Shown piece after piece: positions 1 through 10,754 of a stretch of 64,000 nucleotides of DNA; within the stretch, counting starts at the first letter, position 1, and each line of letters starts with the position of its first letter. Source of the DNA: an uncultured Acidobacteriota bacterium (lineage in GTDB: Bacteria; Acidobacteriota; Thermoanaerobaculia; Gp7-AA8); contig CAVUKB010000001.1 in the NCBI GenBank assembly GCA_963741955.1, forward strand, positions 352,001 through 416,000, written 5' to 3'. Below the pieces are notes generated by a model. The model made no database searches. It was not told the DNA's origin and saw nothing but the letters and a program-made list of their open reading frames with translations. Made by a program: the position numbers and the translations under genes.

Positions 1-727
1 TCGCGACGTGGGTGATCTCCGGCGTCTGCTCGAGGAGAATCGCGATCTGAGGAACCGGTTGATCATGACCGACGGCGTGTTCTCGATGGAGGGATCGCTC
101 GCTCCAATCCAGGAACTGGTGGAAGTGGCGAAGGAATTCGACGCGTTCCTCGTGGTCGATGATTCGCACGGGACGGGAGTGCTCGGGAAGACGGGAAGGG
201 GGACGGCGGAGGAGCTCGACTCGTTCGGGAGCATCAACGCGTACACCTCGACACTCGGGAAGGCTCTGGGGGGATCGCATGGGGGATTCACCACCGGGCC
301 GAAAGAGCTGATCGAGTACCTGCGGCAGAAATCGCGCCCCTATCTCTTCTCGAACACTCTTCCTCCTGCGGTCGTGATGGGATCGATCGCCGCGCTGGAG
401 CTCCTCGCCCGCGACCCGTCATTCCTCAAGCGTCTTCGCGAGAACACGACCTACTTCCGTAAGAAGCTGACCGATGCGGGTCTGCAGATCCGCGAAGGCG
501 TGCATCCGATCGTCCCGATCATCATCGGGGACACGGCCAAAGCGATCAGGATGTCGCGCGAGCTTCTGCAGAAAGGTGTGTACGTCTCCGGGTTCGGATT
601 TCCGGTCGTTCCACAGGGACAGGCACGGCTCCGTTGTCAGATCAGCGCCGCACACACGCGAGAGCACCTCGATCGCGCGATCACCGCGATCGTGGAGCTC
701 GCGGAGAAGTACGGCGCGATTGCGTGA
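1..727 (+). CDS. kbl: Glycine C-acetyltransferase (2-amino-3-ketobutyrate CoA ligase), 5' end outside window
   Basis: PLP class II motifs TDGVFSMEG, VDDSH, STLGKALGG, LRQKSRPYLFSN, ARLRCQISAAH. Confidence 0.88.
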   Translation, partial: RDVGDLRRLLEENRDLRNRLIMTDGVFSMEGSLAPIQELVEVAKEFDAFLVVDDSHGTGVLGKTGRGTAEELDSFGSINAYTSTLGKALGGSHGGFTTGPKELIEYLRQKSRPYLFSNTLPPAVVMGSIAALELLARDPSFLKRLRENTTYFRKKLTDAGLQIREGVHPIVPIIIGDTAKAIRMSRELLQKGVYVSGFGFPVVPQGQARLRCQISAAHTREHLDRAITAIVELAEKYGAIA

Positions 728-1061
728 GACGCAGATCCTGAGCAGAGCGACGATCGGCTGAAGACGAGCAACTCCCCCGGATCTCCCTCTGAGATCCGCG
801 AATCCCTCCACGTGGCCGGTGAATAATCCGGGCTGAAGGGTCACGTCTTACCCTCTCCGGATTACCTCCTTGTCATTCTGGCCCCGACCTGGCTCCGACG
901 AGCCTGGTTCACTCCTTTTGAGCAAGAGTTTTGCACCTGCTCAGCCGTTGCTGATGACGCACATTTCGTCCGAGCGGCAACTCCGTCGACCCAGGTGAAG
1001 CAGGTCCCTTTGCGCCTTCGGATGCGGCGCGGTGCGACCACGGACGAAGAAGGGAGAGACG

Positions 1062-3005
1062 ATGCTCGAAAGGATCAACGGACCGGAGGATCTCGGAAGT
1101 CTCAGCGATGAAGAGCTGTCCCTCGTGGCGCAGGATTGCCGGGAGATGATCATCCGTACCATCACCCGCCGGGGAGGGCATCTCGCTTCGAATCTCGGAG
1201 TGGTCGAGCTCACGCTCGCTCTTCATCGCAGCTTCAGGAGTCCGGTGGACCGGCTGGTGTGGGACACCTCCAACCAGTGCTACACGCACAAGCTGGTGAC
1301 CGGCCGGCGCGATCAGTTCGAGACCATCCGCACTCCCGGAGGACTCTCGGGATTCGCAGAGCCGGAGGAGAGCGTCCACGACACGCTCGCCGCGGGACAC
1401 GCGGGGACAGGTCTTTCCTATGCTCTCGGTATGGCGCAGGGGCTCCAGCAAGATCATCAGAATCCTTTCGTCGTCGCAGTGGTCGGCGACGGAGCTCTCA
1501 CTTCCGGACCGAGTTACGAAGCGCTGAACAACATCGTGCATCTCCGGCCCAAGCGCCTGATCGTGGTTCTCAATGACAATGGCTGGTCGATCTCCGAGAA
1601 CATCGGCTGGCTGACCTACTGGCGCAACCGGCTGATTCTCAACCCCCAGTACGTTCGGCTGAAGAAGGCGGGTCACAGCGTCGTCTCCAGACTTCCGCAC
1701 GGCGAGAAGGCGTGGAAGATCGCGCGAAAGATCAAGAGCCGGATCGAGGGTCTGGTGCTGCCGAACCTGATCTGGGAAGAACTGGGATTCCATTACATCG
1801 GACCGATCGACGGGCACGACATCCGCGAGGCGGAGGAGTCGCTCAGACAGGCGAAGGACATCGCCGCCCAGGGCGAACCGGTGATCGTCCATGCCCTGAC
1901 GCACAAGGGACGTGGCTACAAGGAGGCGGAGGCCAATCCGTCGCGATTCCATCAACCCGGAACGCCGTCGGCGGCGGCCGGTCCGGGCGCCCGCTTCACA
2001 TACTCACAGGTATTCGCGAAGACACTGATCCGGATGATGGAGCGCGATCCGAAGATCGTCGCGATCACCGCCGCGATGCTCGAAGGAACCGCGCTCGCTG
2101 AAGTGCGCAATCACTTCCCGGACCGCGTCTTCGACGTCGGAATCGCGGAAGAGCATGCGGTGATCATGGCTGCGGGGATGGCCAAGGCAGGACTCAAGCC
2201 GGTGGTCTCGATCTACTCGACGTTCCTGCAGCGGGCATTCGACCAGCTGATTCACGACATCGCTCTGCAGAATCTTCCGGTGACGATCTGCATCGACCGT
2301 GCGGGTCTGGTCGGTGACGACGGGAAAACCCATCAGGGGATCTTCGACATCGGCTACACCCGGATGATCCCGAACCTGACCATCGCCGCACCGCGGGACG
2401 AGAACGAGCTGCAGCACCTTCTCTTCACCGCGATCGAGTCGGGACGGCCGTTCGCGCTGCGGTATCCGCGCGGTCTCGGCCTCGGAGTTCGCCTCGACGA
2501 CGAGCTGCACGCTCTTCCGATCGGCGGCGGCGAAGTTCTGCGGGAAGGGAACGACGTCGTCCTTCTCGGCTACGGCTCAATGGTGCAGGTCGCGCTGGAC
2601 GCCGCGGAACTTCTCGCGGATCGCGGGATCTCCTGCGGAGTTGCCAGCCAGCGATTCGTCAAGCCGCTCAGCCTCGAGGTGCTCGGGAAAGTCAGCCGGA
2701 TGGCGCCCCGCGTGCTCACGCTCGAGGAACACCTCGCGTCGGGCGGCTTCGGCAGCGCCGTTCTGGAGGCATTTCAGGCCCAGGGATGGACCGGATGCGA
2801 CGTCAGGGTTCACGGCATTCCGGACCAGTTCGTCGATCACGCTCCCGCTCCCGAGCAGCGCGCCCTCTTCAGGCTGGACGTCGAAGGAGTGGCGGCGGTG
2901 GTGCAGGAACGTTTCCCGGAACTGTTTCGCGCCAAGCTCGTTCACGACGCCACGGAACGAACCGCGCGCGCGAGTGGAACCGCAAACGAGAGGGTGCGAT
3001 GGTGA
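1062..3005 (+). CDS. dxs: 1-deoxy-D-xylulose-5-phosphate synthase
   Basis: GGHLASNLGVVEL, GHAGT, GDGALTSG..EALNN, DRAGLVGDDGKTHQG; ATG 1062 after AGGGAG. Confidence 0.96.
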   Translation: MLERINGPEDLGSLSDEELSLVAQDCREMIIRTITRRGGHLASNLGVVELTLALHRSFRSPVDRLVWDTSNQCYTHKLVTGRRDQFETIRTPGGLSGFAEPEESVHDTLAAGHAGTGLSYALGMAQGLQQDHQNPFVVAVVGDGALTSGPSYEALNNIVHLRPKRLIVVLNDNGWSISENIGWLTYWRNRLILNPQYVRLKKAGHSVVSRLPHGEKAWKIARKIKSRIEGLVLPNLIWEELGFHYIGPIDGHDIREAEESLRQAKDIAAQGEPVIVHALTHKGRGYKEAEANPSRFHQPGTPSAAAGPGARFTYSQVFAKTLIRMMERDPKIVAITAAMLEGTALAEVRNHFPDRVFDVGIAEEHAVIMAAGMAKAGLKPVVSIYSTFLQRAFDQLIHDIALQNLPVTICIDRAGLVGDDGKTHQGIFDIGYTRMIPNLTIAAPRDENELQHLLFTAIESGRPFALRYPRGLGLGVRLDDELHALPIGGGEVLREGNDVVLLGYGSMVQVALDAAELLADRGISCGVASQRFVKPLSLEVLGKVSRMAPRVLTLEEHLASGGFGSAVLEAFQAQGWTGCDVRVHGIPDQFVDHAPAPEQRALFRLDVEGVAAVVQERFPELFRAKLVHDATERTARASGTANERVRW

Positions 3006-4000
3006 GAGCGCACGCCAACCATCCCGGAGTCGACCGCCTGCTCGTTGCCGGACTGCGGGGATTCTGCGCCGGCGTGGTGCGGGCCATCGACGTGGTGGAG
3101 AAAGCGCTGGAGGTGTGCGACGGTCCGGTCTATGTCCGGAAGGAGATCATTCACAACCGTTACGTCGTCGAGCAGTTGAGGGAGAAGGGGGCGCGATTCG
3201 TCGAAGACGTCGACGAGGTCCCCGAAGGCGCCTGGCTCGTTTACTCCGCTCATGGCGTCGCACCAGCGGTACGCGACGAAGCGCGGCGGCGACACCTGCG
3301 CACCATCGATGCCACTTGTCCTCTGGTGACCAAAGTCCACCTGGAAGTGATCCGCTTCGTTCGCGAGGGATACACGATCCTGTTCCTCGGCCATCGCGGC
3401 CATGACGAGACCACCGGGACGCTCGGCGAAGCGCCCGAGTCGATGCGGCTGGTCGGGTCCATCGAAGACGCCGAGAAGGTCGAGGTTCCGGATCCGGATC
3501 GGGTCGTCTATCTGACCCAGACCACTCTCAGTGTCGACGACACCCGTGCCATGGTCGATGTGCTGAGGCGCCGCTTTCCGAATCTCGAGTCGCCTCCGAA
3601 GGACGACATCTGCTACGCGACACAGAACCGGCAGGACGCCGTGAAGGCGATGGCTCCGCACATCGACAGCCTCCTGGTGCTCGGCGCGCCGAACAGCTCC
3701 AACTCCCTGCGCCTCTGCGAGGTCTCGGCCGGTCTGGGCGTGCCGGCCCACCTGATCGAGAGCGCGGCCGACATCCGCCCCGAATGGCTCGAAGGAGTTC
3801 GCACGCTCGGTCTCACGGCCAGCGCCTCGGCACCGGAGATTCTGGTCCGCGAAGTGGTCGGACACGCCCGCACCAATCTGGGCATCGAGCGGATCGAGGA
3901 GTTCGAGACTGTGGAAGAGGACGTGAGATTCCTTCTGCCACCGGAACTGAAACGGTTGCTGCAGAACCGCGCGGAGGGAGATCTTTCCGTCGAACCTTGA
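2999..4000 (+). CDS. ispH: 4-hydroxy-3-methylbut-2-enyl diphosphate reductase
   Basis: GFCAGV, DATCPLV, DICYAT (three Fe-S Cys), SSNS; overlaps dxs stop. Confidence 0.95.
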   Translation: MVRAHANHPGVDRLLVAGLRGFCAGVVRAIDVVEKALEVCDGPVYVRKEIIHNRYVVEQLREKGARFVEDVDEVPEGAWLVYSAHGVAPAVRDEARRRHLRTIDATCPLVTKVHLEVIRFVREGYTILFLGHRGHDETTGTLGEAPESMRLVGSIEDAEKVEVPDPDRVVYLTQTTLSVDDTRAMVDVLRRRFPNLESPPKDDICYATQNRQDAVKAMAPHIDSLLVLGAPNSSNSLRLCEVSAGLGVPAHLIESAADIRPEWLEGVRTLGLTASASAPEILVREVVGHARTNLGIERIEEFETVEEDVRFLLPPELKRLLQNRAEGDLSVEP

Positions 4001-4139
4001 GAAATTGTGAGGCACTTCGCTTGCAGCTCGACGCTCGCGGAACGGTAGACGATCGACGACATCATCAGGCGATGAGACCGATATTGAAAAGGAGATCAAG
4101 CCACTGAACGGATGACCGGGACCGGAGGTGGTGTGAATT

Positions 4140-6158
4140 ATGTCTGTTCAGGAAATCACGAACACGAGCCCCGCATCGGATCCGCTTTCGCGAGCTCCAC
4201 GCTCCGTCGTCAATGACGCGATCGCCTCCGCGCGTAAGCGACTCCTCGCCCTGCAGCACGAAGACGGCCACTGGTGTGGTGAGCTCGAAGGAGACACCAT
4301 ACTCGAATCGGAGTACGTGCTGACACTGTACTTCCTCCTCCGACGCGCCGACGAGCGGATGCGCAAAGCCGCGGAGTACCTCCGGCGACAGCAGCTCTCC
4401 GACGGCGCATGGGCCAACTACCCGGGCGGTCCGAGCGACGTCAGCGCCTCGGTGAAAGCGTACTTCGTGCTCAAGCTGATGGGCGATGACCCCGACGCTC
4501 CCCACATGGCGAGAGCGCGAGAGACCATCCGCGAGCTCGGCGGAGTCGAGGCGTGCAACTCATTCACCAAGATCTACCTCGCGATGTTCGGGCAGTACGA
4601 CTGGAATCGCTGCCCGGCCGTGCCGCCGGAGATGATCCTTCTTCCCGACGCCTCTCCGTTCAACATCTACAAGATGTCGTGCTGGTCGCGCGACATCGTG
4701 GTGCCTCTGTCGATCATCTGGGCGACGCGTCCCTCCTGTCCGGTTCCGGAGAATGCTTCCATCGACGAACTGACCGAGAAAGCGGCGCCCGCTCCACCCG
4801 CCAACCAGCGAAGTGCCCGCGATCGCGCCTGGACCGGATTCTTCACCGCGCTCGACGTCGCGCTCAAGCGGATCGAGAAGAGCCGTCTCCGTCCGCTTCG
4901 CAGGAAGGCAATCACCGCAGCAGAGGAGTGGATTCTCGAACGTCTCTCCGGCAGCGACGGACTCGGCGCGATCTTTCCGCCGATCATCAACACCATCATC
5001 GCGTTCAAGGCGCTCGGCTATGAGGATGACGATCCGCGGCTCGTCTCGCAGCTCGACGAGCTGGAAAAACTGGTCATCGAAGAGAGCGACGACCTTCGCG
5101 TTCAGCCTTGCTTCTCTCCGATCTGGGACACCGCAATCGCGATCCAGGCGTTATGTGAGTCCGGATCGAGCGGCAGCAGCGCCGACATCCTTCGTGCCGC
5201 GCGCTGGCTCCTCGGGAGAGAAGTCACCAGGCCCGGCGACGTTCAGCGGCTCCACCCGGAAGTTCCCCTCGGGGGGTGGTACTTCGAATATGCGAACGAG
5301 TTCTATCCCGACGCGGACGACACCGCGGAGGTCCTCACCGCTCTGAGCTACGTCCGATTCCCCGATTCGAAGGAGGATCGGCGCCGGGTCGAGGCGATGG
5401 CGCGTGGAATCGGGTGGCAGCTGGCGATGCAGAACTGCGACGGCGGCTGGGGCGCGTTCGACCTCGATTGCGACGACTACGTGCTGACTCTCATTCCGTT
5501 CGCCGATCACAACGCGATGATCGATCCGAGCTGTGAGGACATCACCGGACGCTCCATCGAGATGCTCTTCCGGCTCGGCTTCGACGCCGATCACAACGCG
5601 ATCTCCAGGGCGGTACGCTTTCTTCTCGACCGGCAGGACGACCACGGGACGTGGTATGGACGCTGGGGCTGCAACTACGTCTACGGAACGTGGCTCGCCA
5701 TCAGTGCGCTGGAGACGGCAGGAGAGCCGATGAACGACGATCGGTACCAGCGCACCAGTGAGTGGCTCCGCGCCAAACAGAACCACGACGGCGGGTGGGG
5801 CGAGCTGCCGCGCTCCTACGATGAACCGGAGATGAAGGGAGTGGGGCCGAGTACGCCCTCGCAGACGGCGTGGGCCCTGCTGACTCTTTTCAAGCTCGGA
5901 GACTACGATTCGCCCGAGGTCCGTCGAGGGGTGCAGTATCTTCTCGACCGGCAATTGGAAGACGGTTCCTGGAACGACGAATACTGGAGCGGGACCGGCT
6001 TCCCGCGAGTCTTCTATCTGAAGTATCACCTCTACGCGCTCTACTTCCCGCTCTGGGCGCTCGCACGTTTCGAGCGGCACGAGAGGGGAGCGGCGCGACG
6101 CGAGATCACCACCGAGCGCACTTCGAGCGATGCTTCCGCGCGGGAGGTGGTGGCGTGA
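4140..6158 (+). CDS. shc: Squalene-hopene cyclase (HpnF)
   Basis: Catalytic DADDTA, QW repeats (LQHEDGHW, QNCDGGW, QNHDGGW, QLEDGSW), GTGFPRVFYLKYHLY. Confidence 0.97.
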   Translation: MSVQEITNTSPASDPLSRAPRSVVNDAIASARKRLLALQHEDGHWCGELEGDTILESEYVLTLYFLLRRADERMRKAAEYLRRQQLSDGAWANYPGGPSDVSASVKAYFVLKLMGDDPDAPHMARARETIRELGGVEACNSFTKIYLAMFGQYDWNRCPAVPPEMILLPDASPFNIYKMSCWSRDIVVPLSIIWATRPSCPVPENASIDELTEKAAPAPPANQRSARDRAWTGFFTALDVALKRIEKSRLRPLRRKAITAAEEWILERLSGSDGLGAIFPPIINTIIAFKALGYEDDDPRLVSQLDELEKLVIEESDDLRVQPCFSPIWDTAIAIQALCESGSSGSSADILRAARWLLGREVTRPGDVQRLHPEVPLGGWYFEYANEFYPDADDTAEVLTALSYVRFPDSKEDRRRVEAMARGIGWQLAMQNCDGGWGAFDLDCDDYVLTLIPFADHNAMIDPSCEDITGRSIEMLFRLGFDADHNAISRAVRFLLDRQDDHGTWYGRWGCNYVYGTWLAISALETAGEPMNDDRYQRTSEWLRAKQNHDGGWGELPRSYDEPEMKGVGPSTPSQTAWALLTLFKLGDYDSPEVRRGVQYLLDRQLEDGSWNDEYWSGTGFPRVFYLKYHLYALYFPLWALARFERHERGAARREITTERTSSDASAREVVA

Positions 6159-7156
6159 GATTCCCCTTGCACCTCACCACCGACACCATCCAGCATCAGG
6201 TCCGCAACGCGCTGCGTGGACGGACCCGATACCCGTTCGTCCTGATGCTCGAGCCTCTCTACACCTGCAATCTCGCCTGCATCGGCTGCGCGACCGAACG
6301 GCACACCGGGAAGCTCAAGGACCGTCTGCCTCTCGAGAAGTGCATCGAAGCGGTGGAGACCTCCGAAGCGCCGGTGGTCTCGATCTGCGGCGGAGAGCCG
6401 ACTCTCTACCCCGAGCTTCCCCAGCTGATCGAGGAGATCATCGCCCGCCGGCGGCACATCTACCTCTGCACGAACGGACTCCTCCTCGACGAGAAGGTGT
6501 ACGGCGTGATACGCCCGCACAAGCGGCTGATGATCAACGTTCATCTCGACGGAATGCGCGAGACGCACGACATGGTCTGTGCGCGCGAAGGGGTGTTCGA
6601 CAAGGCGATGGAGACGATCCGGAAGGGCGTCGAGCTCGGACATCACATGATGGCCAACACCACGGTGTTCCGCGAGACCGAAGTCTCGGAGGTGGAGGAG
6701 CTCTGCCAGCTGCTGACCGACGAAGGGGTGGAAGGAATGCTGGTCAGCCCCGGCTATCACTATGAATCGGTGGAGGGCGAGATGTTCCTCACCCGAAACG
6801 AGATTCGCGAGAAGTTCATGAAGATCCTCGAGATCTCGAAACGCTACCGTCTCACCTCGACGCCGATGTTCCTCGAGTTCGCGGCCGGATTGCGCGACTA
6901 CAAGTGTTCTCCGTGGAGCACCGTCACGTACACGCCGCTCGGGTGGAAAGGGCCCTGCTATCTGATCGGCAAGCGCTACACGCATTCGTGGGACGAGTTC
7001 TGGAACGGCACCGACTGGACGTACTGGGAGTCGCGCGAGGATCCGCTCTGTCAGAACTGTGCGATGCACTCCGGCTTCGAAGCCTCGGTCGTTCGCGAGC
7101 TCCCGAAGCACCCCGGAGACATGTTCCGGCTGGCGGCCTGGAACCTTCTGGGGTGA
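6155..7156 (+). CDS. hpnH: Adenosyl-hopene transferase, radical SAM
   Basis: YPFVLMLEPLYTCNLACIGC, GGEP, C-terminal CQNCAMHSGFE; GTG overlaps shc TGA. Confidence 0.92.
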   Translation: MRFPLHLTTDTIQHQVRNALRGRTRYPFVLMLEPLYTCNLACIGCATERHTGKLKDRLPLEKCIEAVETSEAPVVSICGGEPTLYPELPQLIEEIIARRRHIYLCTNGLLLDEKVYGVIRPHKRLMINVHLDGMRETHDMVCAREGVFDKAMETIRKGVELGHHMMANTTVFRETEVSEVEELCQLLTDEGVEGMLVSPGYHYESVEGEMFLTRNEIREKFMKILEISKRYRLTSTPMFLEFAAGLRDYKCSPWSTVTYTPLGWKGPCYLIGKRYTHSWDEFWNGTDWTYWESREDPLCQNCAMHSGFEASVVRELPKHPGDMFRLAAWNLLG

Positions 7157-7277
7157 TACCGGCCGACCTGCGCGCGGGCTTTGCTGGAGCAGGGGCGCGG
7201 GACTCGACCGGCGGCACACAGATCGCGCAAATGACTCCGCGGGAATGTATCTTTGAACCAGGGAGTGCCTTCACTGC

Positions 7278-8267
7278 ATGACGACCCTCGTCACCGGCGG
7301 CACCGGCTTCATCGGCGCACACATCGTTCGCGCGCTCCTCGACCGCGGTGAAGACGTCCGCTGTCTGGTTCGTCCTTCGAGCCGCCTGACGAATCTCGAG
7401 GGACTCGACGTGGAGATCGTGCGGGGCGATCTCTGTGACCGTGAGTCGATCCGTCGCGCCGTCACAGGTGCGGAAACCGTCTACCATTGTGCGGCCGACT
7501 ATCGGCTCTATGTCCGAAATTCTGCCGAGATCTACGCGACCAACGTCGAAGGGACCCGCAACGTGCTGCGCGAGTCGGCGGATGCCGGAGCCCGGAAGAT
7601 CGTCTACACCAGCTCCGTCGGCGCGCTCGGGCGCTGCCGTGACGGACATCCGGCGGACGAGTCGGTTCCGGCCGGCGAGGCGGAGATGATCGGCCATTAC
7701 AAGCGGAGCAAGTTCCGAGCGGAGCGGGTCGCGGAACAGTTCGCGGCCGGCGGTTCGCCGGTGGTGATCACCAATCCTTCCACTCCGGTCGGAGAGCTCG
7801 ACGTCAAACCGACTCCCACCGGGAAGATCATCGTCGAATTTCTCCGGGGGAGGATGCCGGCGTACGTCGACACCGGGATGAATCTGATCGACGTGCGCGA
7901 TGTCGCGGCGGGTCATCTGCTCGCCGCTGCTCGTGGACGGACGGGAGAGAGATACATCCTTGGAAATCGAAACCTGACCCTGGCCGAGATCCTGGCGATG
8001 CTCGCGAGGTTGACCGGCCGGCCGCGGCCGAGAGTCAGGCTTCCTCACTGGATCGCGATGACGGCGGCGATCGGAAATGAAGCGTTCTGCCGGATCACCG
8101 GAGGCGATCCGTCGATCCCCCTGGAAGGCGTGAGAATGGCCCGGCACCGGATGTACTTCGATTCGTCGAAAGCAGTCAGTGAGCTCGGGCTCCCCCAGAC
8201 ACCGGTCGAAGAGGCTCTCGGACGCGCGGTCCGGTGGTTCCGGGAACATGGATACGCATCCGGCTGA
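7278..8267 (+). CDS. hpnA: Hopanoid-associated NAD-dependent epimerase/dehydratase
   Basis: GGTGFIG, HCAADYRL, YKRSK, DVKPTPTG; hopanoid context. Confidence 0.9.
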   Translation: MTTLVTGGTGFIGAHIVRALLDRGEDVRCLVRPSSRLTNLEGLDVEIVRGDLCDRESIRRAVTGAETVYHCAADYRLYVRNSAEIYATNVEGTRNVLRESADAGARKIVYTSSVGALGRCRDGHPADESVPAGEAEMIGHYKRSKFRAERVAEQFAAGGSPVVITNPSTPVGELDVKPTPTGKIIVEFLRGRMPAYVDTGMNLIDVRDVAAGHLLAAARGRTGERYILGNRNLTLAEILAMLARLTGRPRPRVRLPHWIAMTAAIGNEAFCRITGGDPSIPLEGVRMARHRMYFDSSKAVSELGLPQTPVEEALGRAVRWFREHGYASG

Positions 8268-8339
8268 GCGGCTTCTTTCTTGCAAAAGGTCTGGCGAGGT
8301 GATCCGCCGGCCCGGTGCGACGAAGGCGGGTATTCGAGA

Positions 8340-9146
8340 ATGATGTCCGGTAACCTGAACGACGGAAACCACGGGTCGCCGATCGCGGTGATCGCCGCAC
8401 TTCCTGAAGAGATCCGGCCATTTCTCCGTCGACTTCCGCACGTCGAGACGAGGCAATCTGGTGGTGTGACCCTGCGGGAGGGGACGCTCGGGCCGGAGCG
8501 TGTCGTCGTCGCCGTCACCGGCGATGGCGCGATTCGGGCCGCCCGAAGCCTCACTGTAATTCTCGATGCCGTGAGGCCCCGCGCCATTCTCGGCGTCGGC
8601 ATCGCTGGCGCTCTCACGCCCGGCCTCTCGGTCGGCGATCTTCTCGTTTCGGAGCGCGTCTGTGCGTGGCGCGGCAGCTGGTTCGAGCCCGACGGTGAGC
8701 TGCTCGCCCGTGCGCTTGCGTCCGGCCCACCTTCGGTAAGAGGAACGGTCGTGACGTCCGATCGGATTCTGGTCAACGCAGGTGAGAGAGCACACGTGGG
8801 CCGCTTTCTCGGAAAGAGTGGAGAAGCGGCGGTCGATATGGAGTCCGCGGAGTGGGCAAGAGTCGCGACGGATCGGGGTACTCCCTGGCTCGTCGTCCGG
8901 TCGATCTCCGAGACTGCAGTCGAAGACCTCCCTGATTACCTGCCGAAATGCCTTCGTGCCGACGGCAGCCTCAGCCGGCTGCGGGTCGTGCAACGTGCCG
9001 GCCTTCAGCCACGATCGATTCCGGCGCTGATCGAGATGAGGCGAAGGCTTCACCGCTCCGGAATCGCGCTGGCGGACTATCTCCAGATGTTCCTCCATCG
9101 TATGATGGACCATCCTGTCGGACGTGCACTCGGGGCGAGGAGTTGA
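8340..9146 (+). CDS. hpnG: Nucleoside phosphorylase family, probable adenosylhopane nucleosidase
   Basis: GIAGAL, AVDMESA, VVRSISE; follows hpnH/hpnA; start uncertain. Confidence 0.75.
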   Translation: MMSGNLNDGNHGSPIAVIAALPEEIRPFLRRLPHVETRQSGGVTLREGTLGPERVVVAVTGDGAIRAARSLTVILDAVRPRAILGVGIAGALTPGLSVGDLLVSERVCAWRGSWFEPDGELLARALASGPPSVRGTVVTSDRILVNAGERAHVGRFLGKSGEAAVDMESAEWARVATDRGTPWLVVRSISETAVEDLPDYLPKCLRADGSLSRLRVVQRAGLQPRSIPALIEMRRRLHRSGIALADYLQMFLHRMMDHPVGRALGARS

Positions 9147-9152
9147 CGATCG

Positions 9153-10067
9153 ATGACGGCTCTTGACGTACTCCTGGAGAAAACCAGCCGCACTTTTGCG
9201 CTCGCGATTCCGCTTCTGCCCGAGCCGACCCACCGCGAAGTCACCATCGCTTATCTGCTGTTCCGGACTGCAGACACGTTCGAGGATGCACCAGACTGGA
9301 CCGCGGAAGAAAAGGCTGCTGCCCTCGCCGCATTCTGTGACGTTCTCCGCTCGCCGTCGATCGAACGGGCCGAGGCGTTGTCGCGCGATTGGGTGTCGCA
9401 ACGTCCCGCGACGCATGAAGGCTATCTCCAGCTGCTCGCCGAGTTCGCCGGAGTGCTCGATGCGCATCTCGCTCTCTCCGAAGAAGCGCGGGAGGAGATC
9501 ACGCAGCACGTGATCCGCTCCGCGGAGGGGATGTCGCGCATCGTGAGGCGCGAGGGAGGGGTGGAGCTCGAATCGATCGACGAGCTGCGCGAGTACTGCT
9601 ACATCGTTGCGGGGATCGTCGGCGAGATGCTGACGGAGCTCTTCCTTCTCGGGCGGCCGCGGCTCGAACCGGTCGCAGCGGCGCTGCGACAGCGAGCGAA
9701 GCTGTTCGGCGAAGCTCTCCAGCTGGTGAACATCCTCAAAGACTCCGAAGTCGATGCGTCCGAGGGTCGTGTCTACCTGCCGCGAAACACTTCGCGATGC
9801 GAGGTGTTCGACCTTGCGCGGGAGGACCTCGGCGCGGCGTCGGAGTATGTGCTGAGCCTCCAGAGCGCCGGTGCGCCGCGCGGGATCGTCGCGTTCACCG
9901 CCCTCCCTCTGGAGCTGGCCTGGGCTGCGCTCGACAGGATCGAGCGCGACGGGCCGGGATCGAAGATCAGCCGTCCGGAGGTCTACCGGATCACGCGGCG
10001 AGTGAAGAGCGCGCTGGGTCGGAACGAGCCTGCCGTCCGCGGCCATGCACTGCAGAAGGCGCGCTGA
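9153..10067 (+). CDS. Squalene/phytoene synthase family, squalene synthase (FDFT)-like
   Basis: KTSRTFAL, AYLLFRTADTFED, YCYIVAGIVG, FGEALQLVNILKD. Confidence 0.85.
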   Translation: MTALDVLLEKTSRTFALAIPLLPEPTHREVTIAYLLFRTADTFEDAPDWTAEEKAAALAAFCDVLRSPSIERAEALSRDWVSQRPATHEGYLQLLAEFAGVLDAHLALSEEAREEITQHVIRSAEGMSRIVRREGGVELESIDELREYCYIVAGIVGEMLTELFLLGRPRLEPVAAALRQRAKLFGEALQLVNILKDSEVDASEGRVYLPRNTSRCEVFDLAREDLGAASEYVLSLQSAGAPRGIVAFTALPLELAWAALDRIERDGPGSKISRPEVYRITRRVKSALGRNEPAVRGHALQKAR

Positions 10068-10394
10068 AGAATATTCTGTCAATCTTGGTTTCTGCAGCAT
10101 TTTTTTGCTCGAAACGCCGCTTTTCGCGAATTATATTCTGTCCGGATGCCTCCGCGTCGCTGAACCGTCACACCTGCAACTCCCCCTCCCGGCGGTCTTT
10201 TCGCTCTCGCTCTGGTGAGCAGGTCGCTCGCACGAAAGATTCGTGTATGGACGTTTACGTACTGAGAATGGAGGACGATCGGTCCGGACTGGAGGTGGTC
10301 CGGAATGATCTGTCGGTCATTGGATAGATACCCTCTCGTGATGGCGCAAATCGCGCCCGGGTGAGGCGCTCCGTGAAAGGGCGGCGTAACCCGA

Positions 10395-10754
10395 TCAGTC
10401 GACGCGTTCGCTCGGCCGATCCTTCGCGAGCTCGAGGATGTAGCGTGGCCGCCCGTCGGCATCGGCGACTGCGAACACCTTTCCGAACGGTTTGAGGTCG
10501 AGCGGCAGGATCACCCTGGCGGTCTTCGAAATCTCGTAGAACGCACGGTCCGCATCATCGACCAGCCAATAGAGCTCCGCCTCGCCGCTGCTCCCAACAG
10601 GGGCATCGGTGGCGATCGCGAAGTGATCGAACTGGACGAAGGTCGGATGCGTCCGCTCGACCTCCAACCCGAGGACGTCGGTGTAGAAGCGAGTGGCAGC
10701 GTCGATGTCCTTGACGTATTCGACGACGAATCCGAATCGGGGATGAATGCTCAT
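10395..10754 (-). CDS. VOC/glyoxalase family protein
   Basis: YVKDIDAATRFYTDVLG, PFGKVFAVADADG. Confidence 0.8.
   Translation of the reverse strand: MSIHPRFGFVVEYVKDIDAATRFYTDVLGLEVERTHPTFVQFDHFAIATDAPVGSSGEAELYWLVDDADRAFYEISKTARVILPLDLKPFGKVFAVADADGRPRYILELAKDRPSERVD

Noticed and set aside
810-870. GGTGAATAATCCGGGCT, resembling a MITE end or leader hairpin upstream of dxs
   Set aside because: No full matching partner end; evidence too thin.
6924-10100. 1058-aa minus-strand ORF and other long antisense ORFs such as 18662-20938, 49616-51571 and 57971-59767
   Set aside because: Shadow frames opposite well-supported genes in high-GC DNA.
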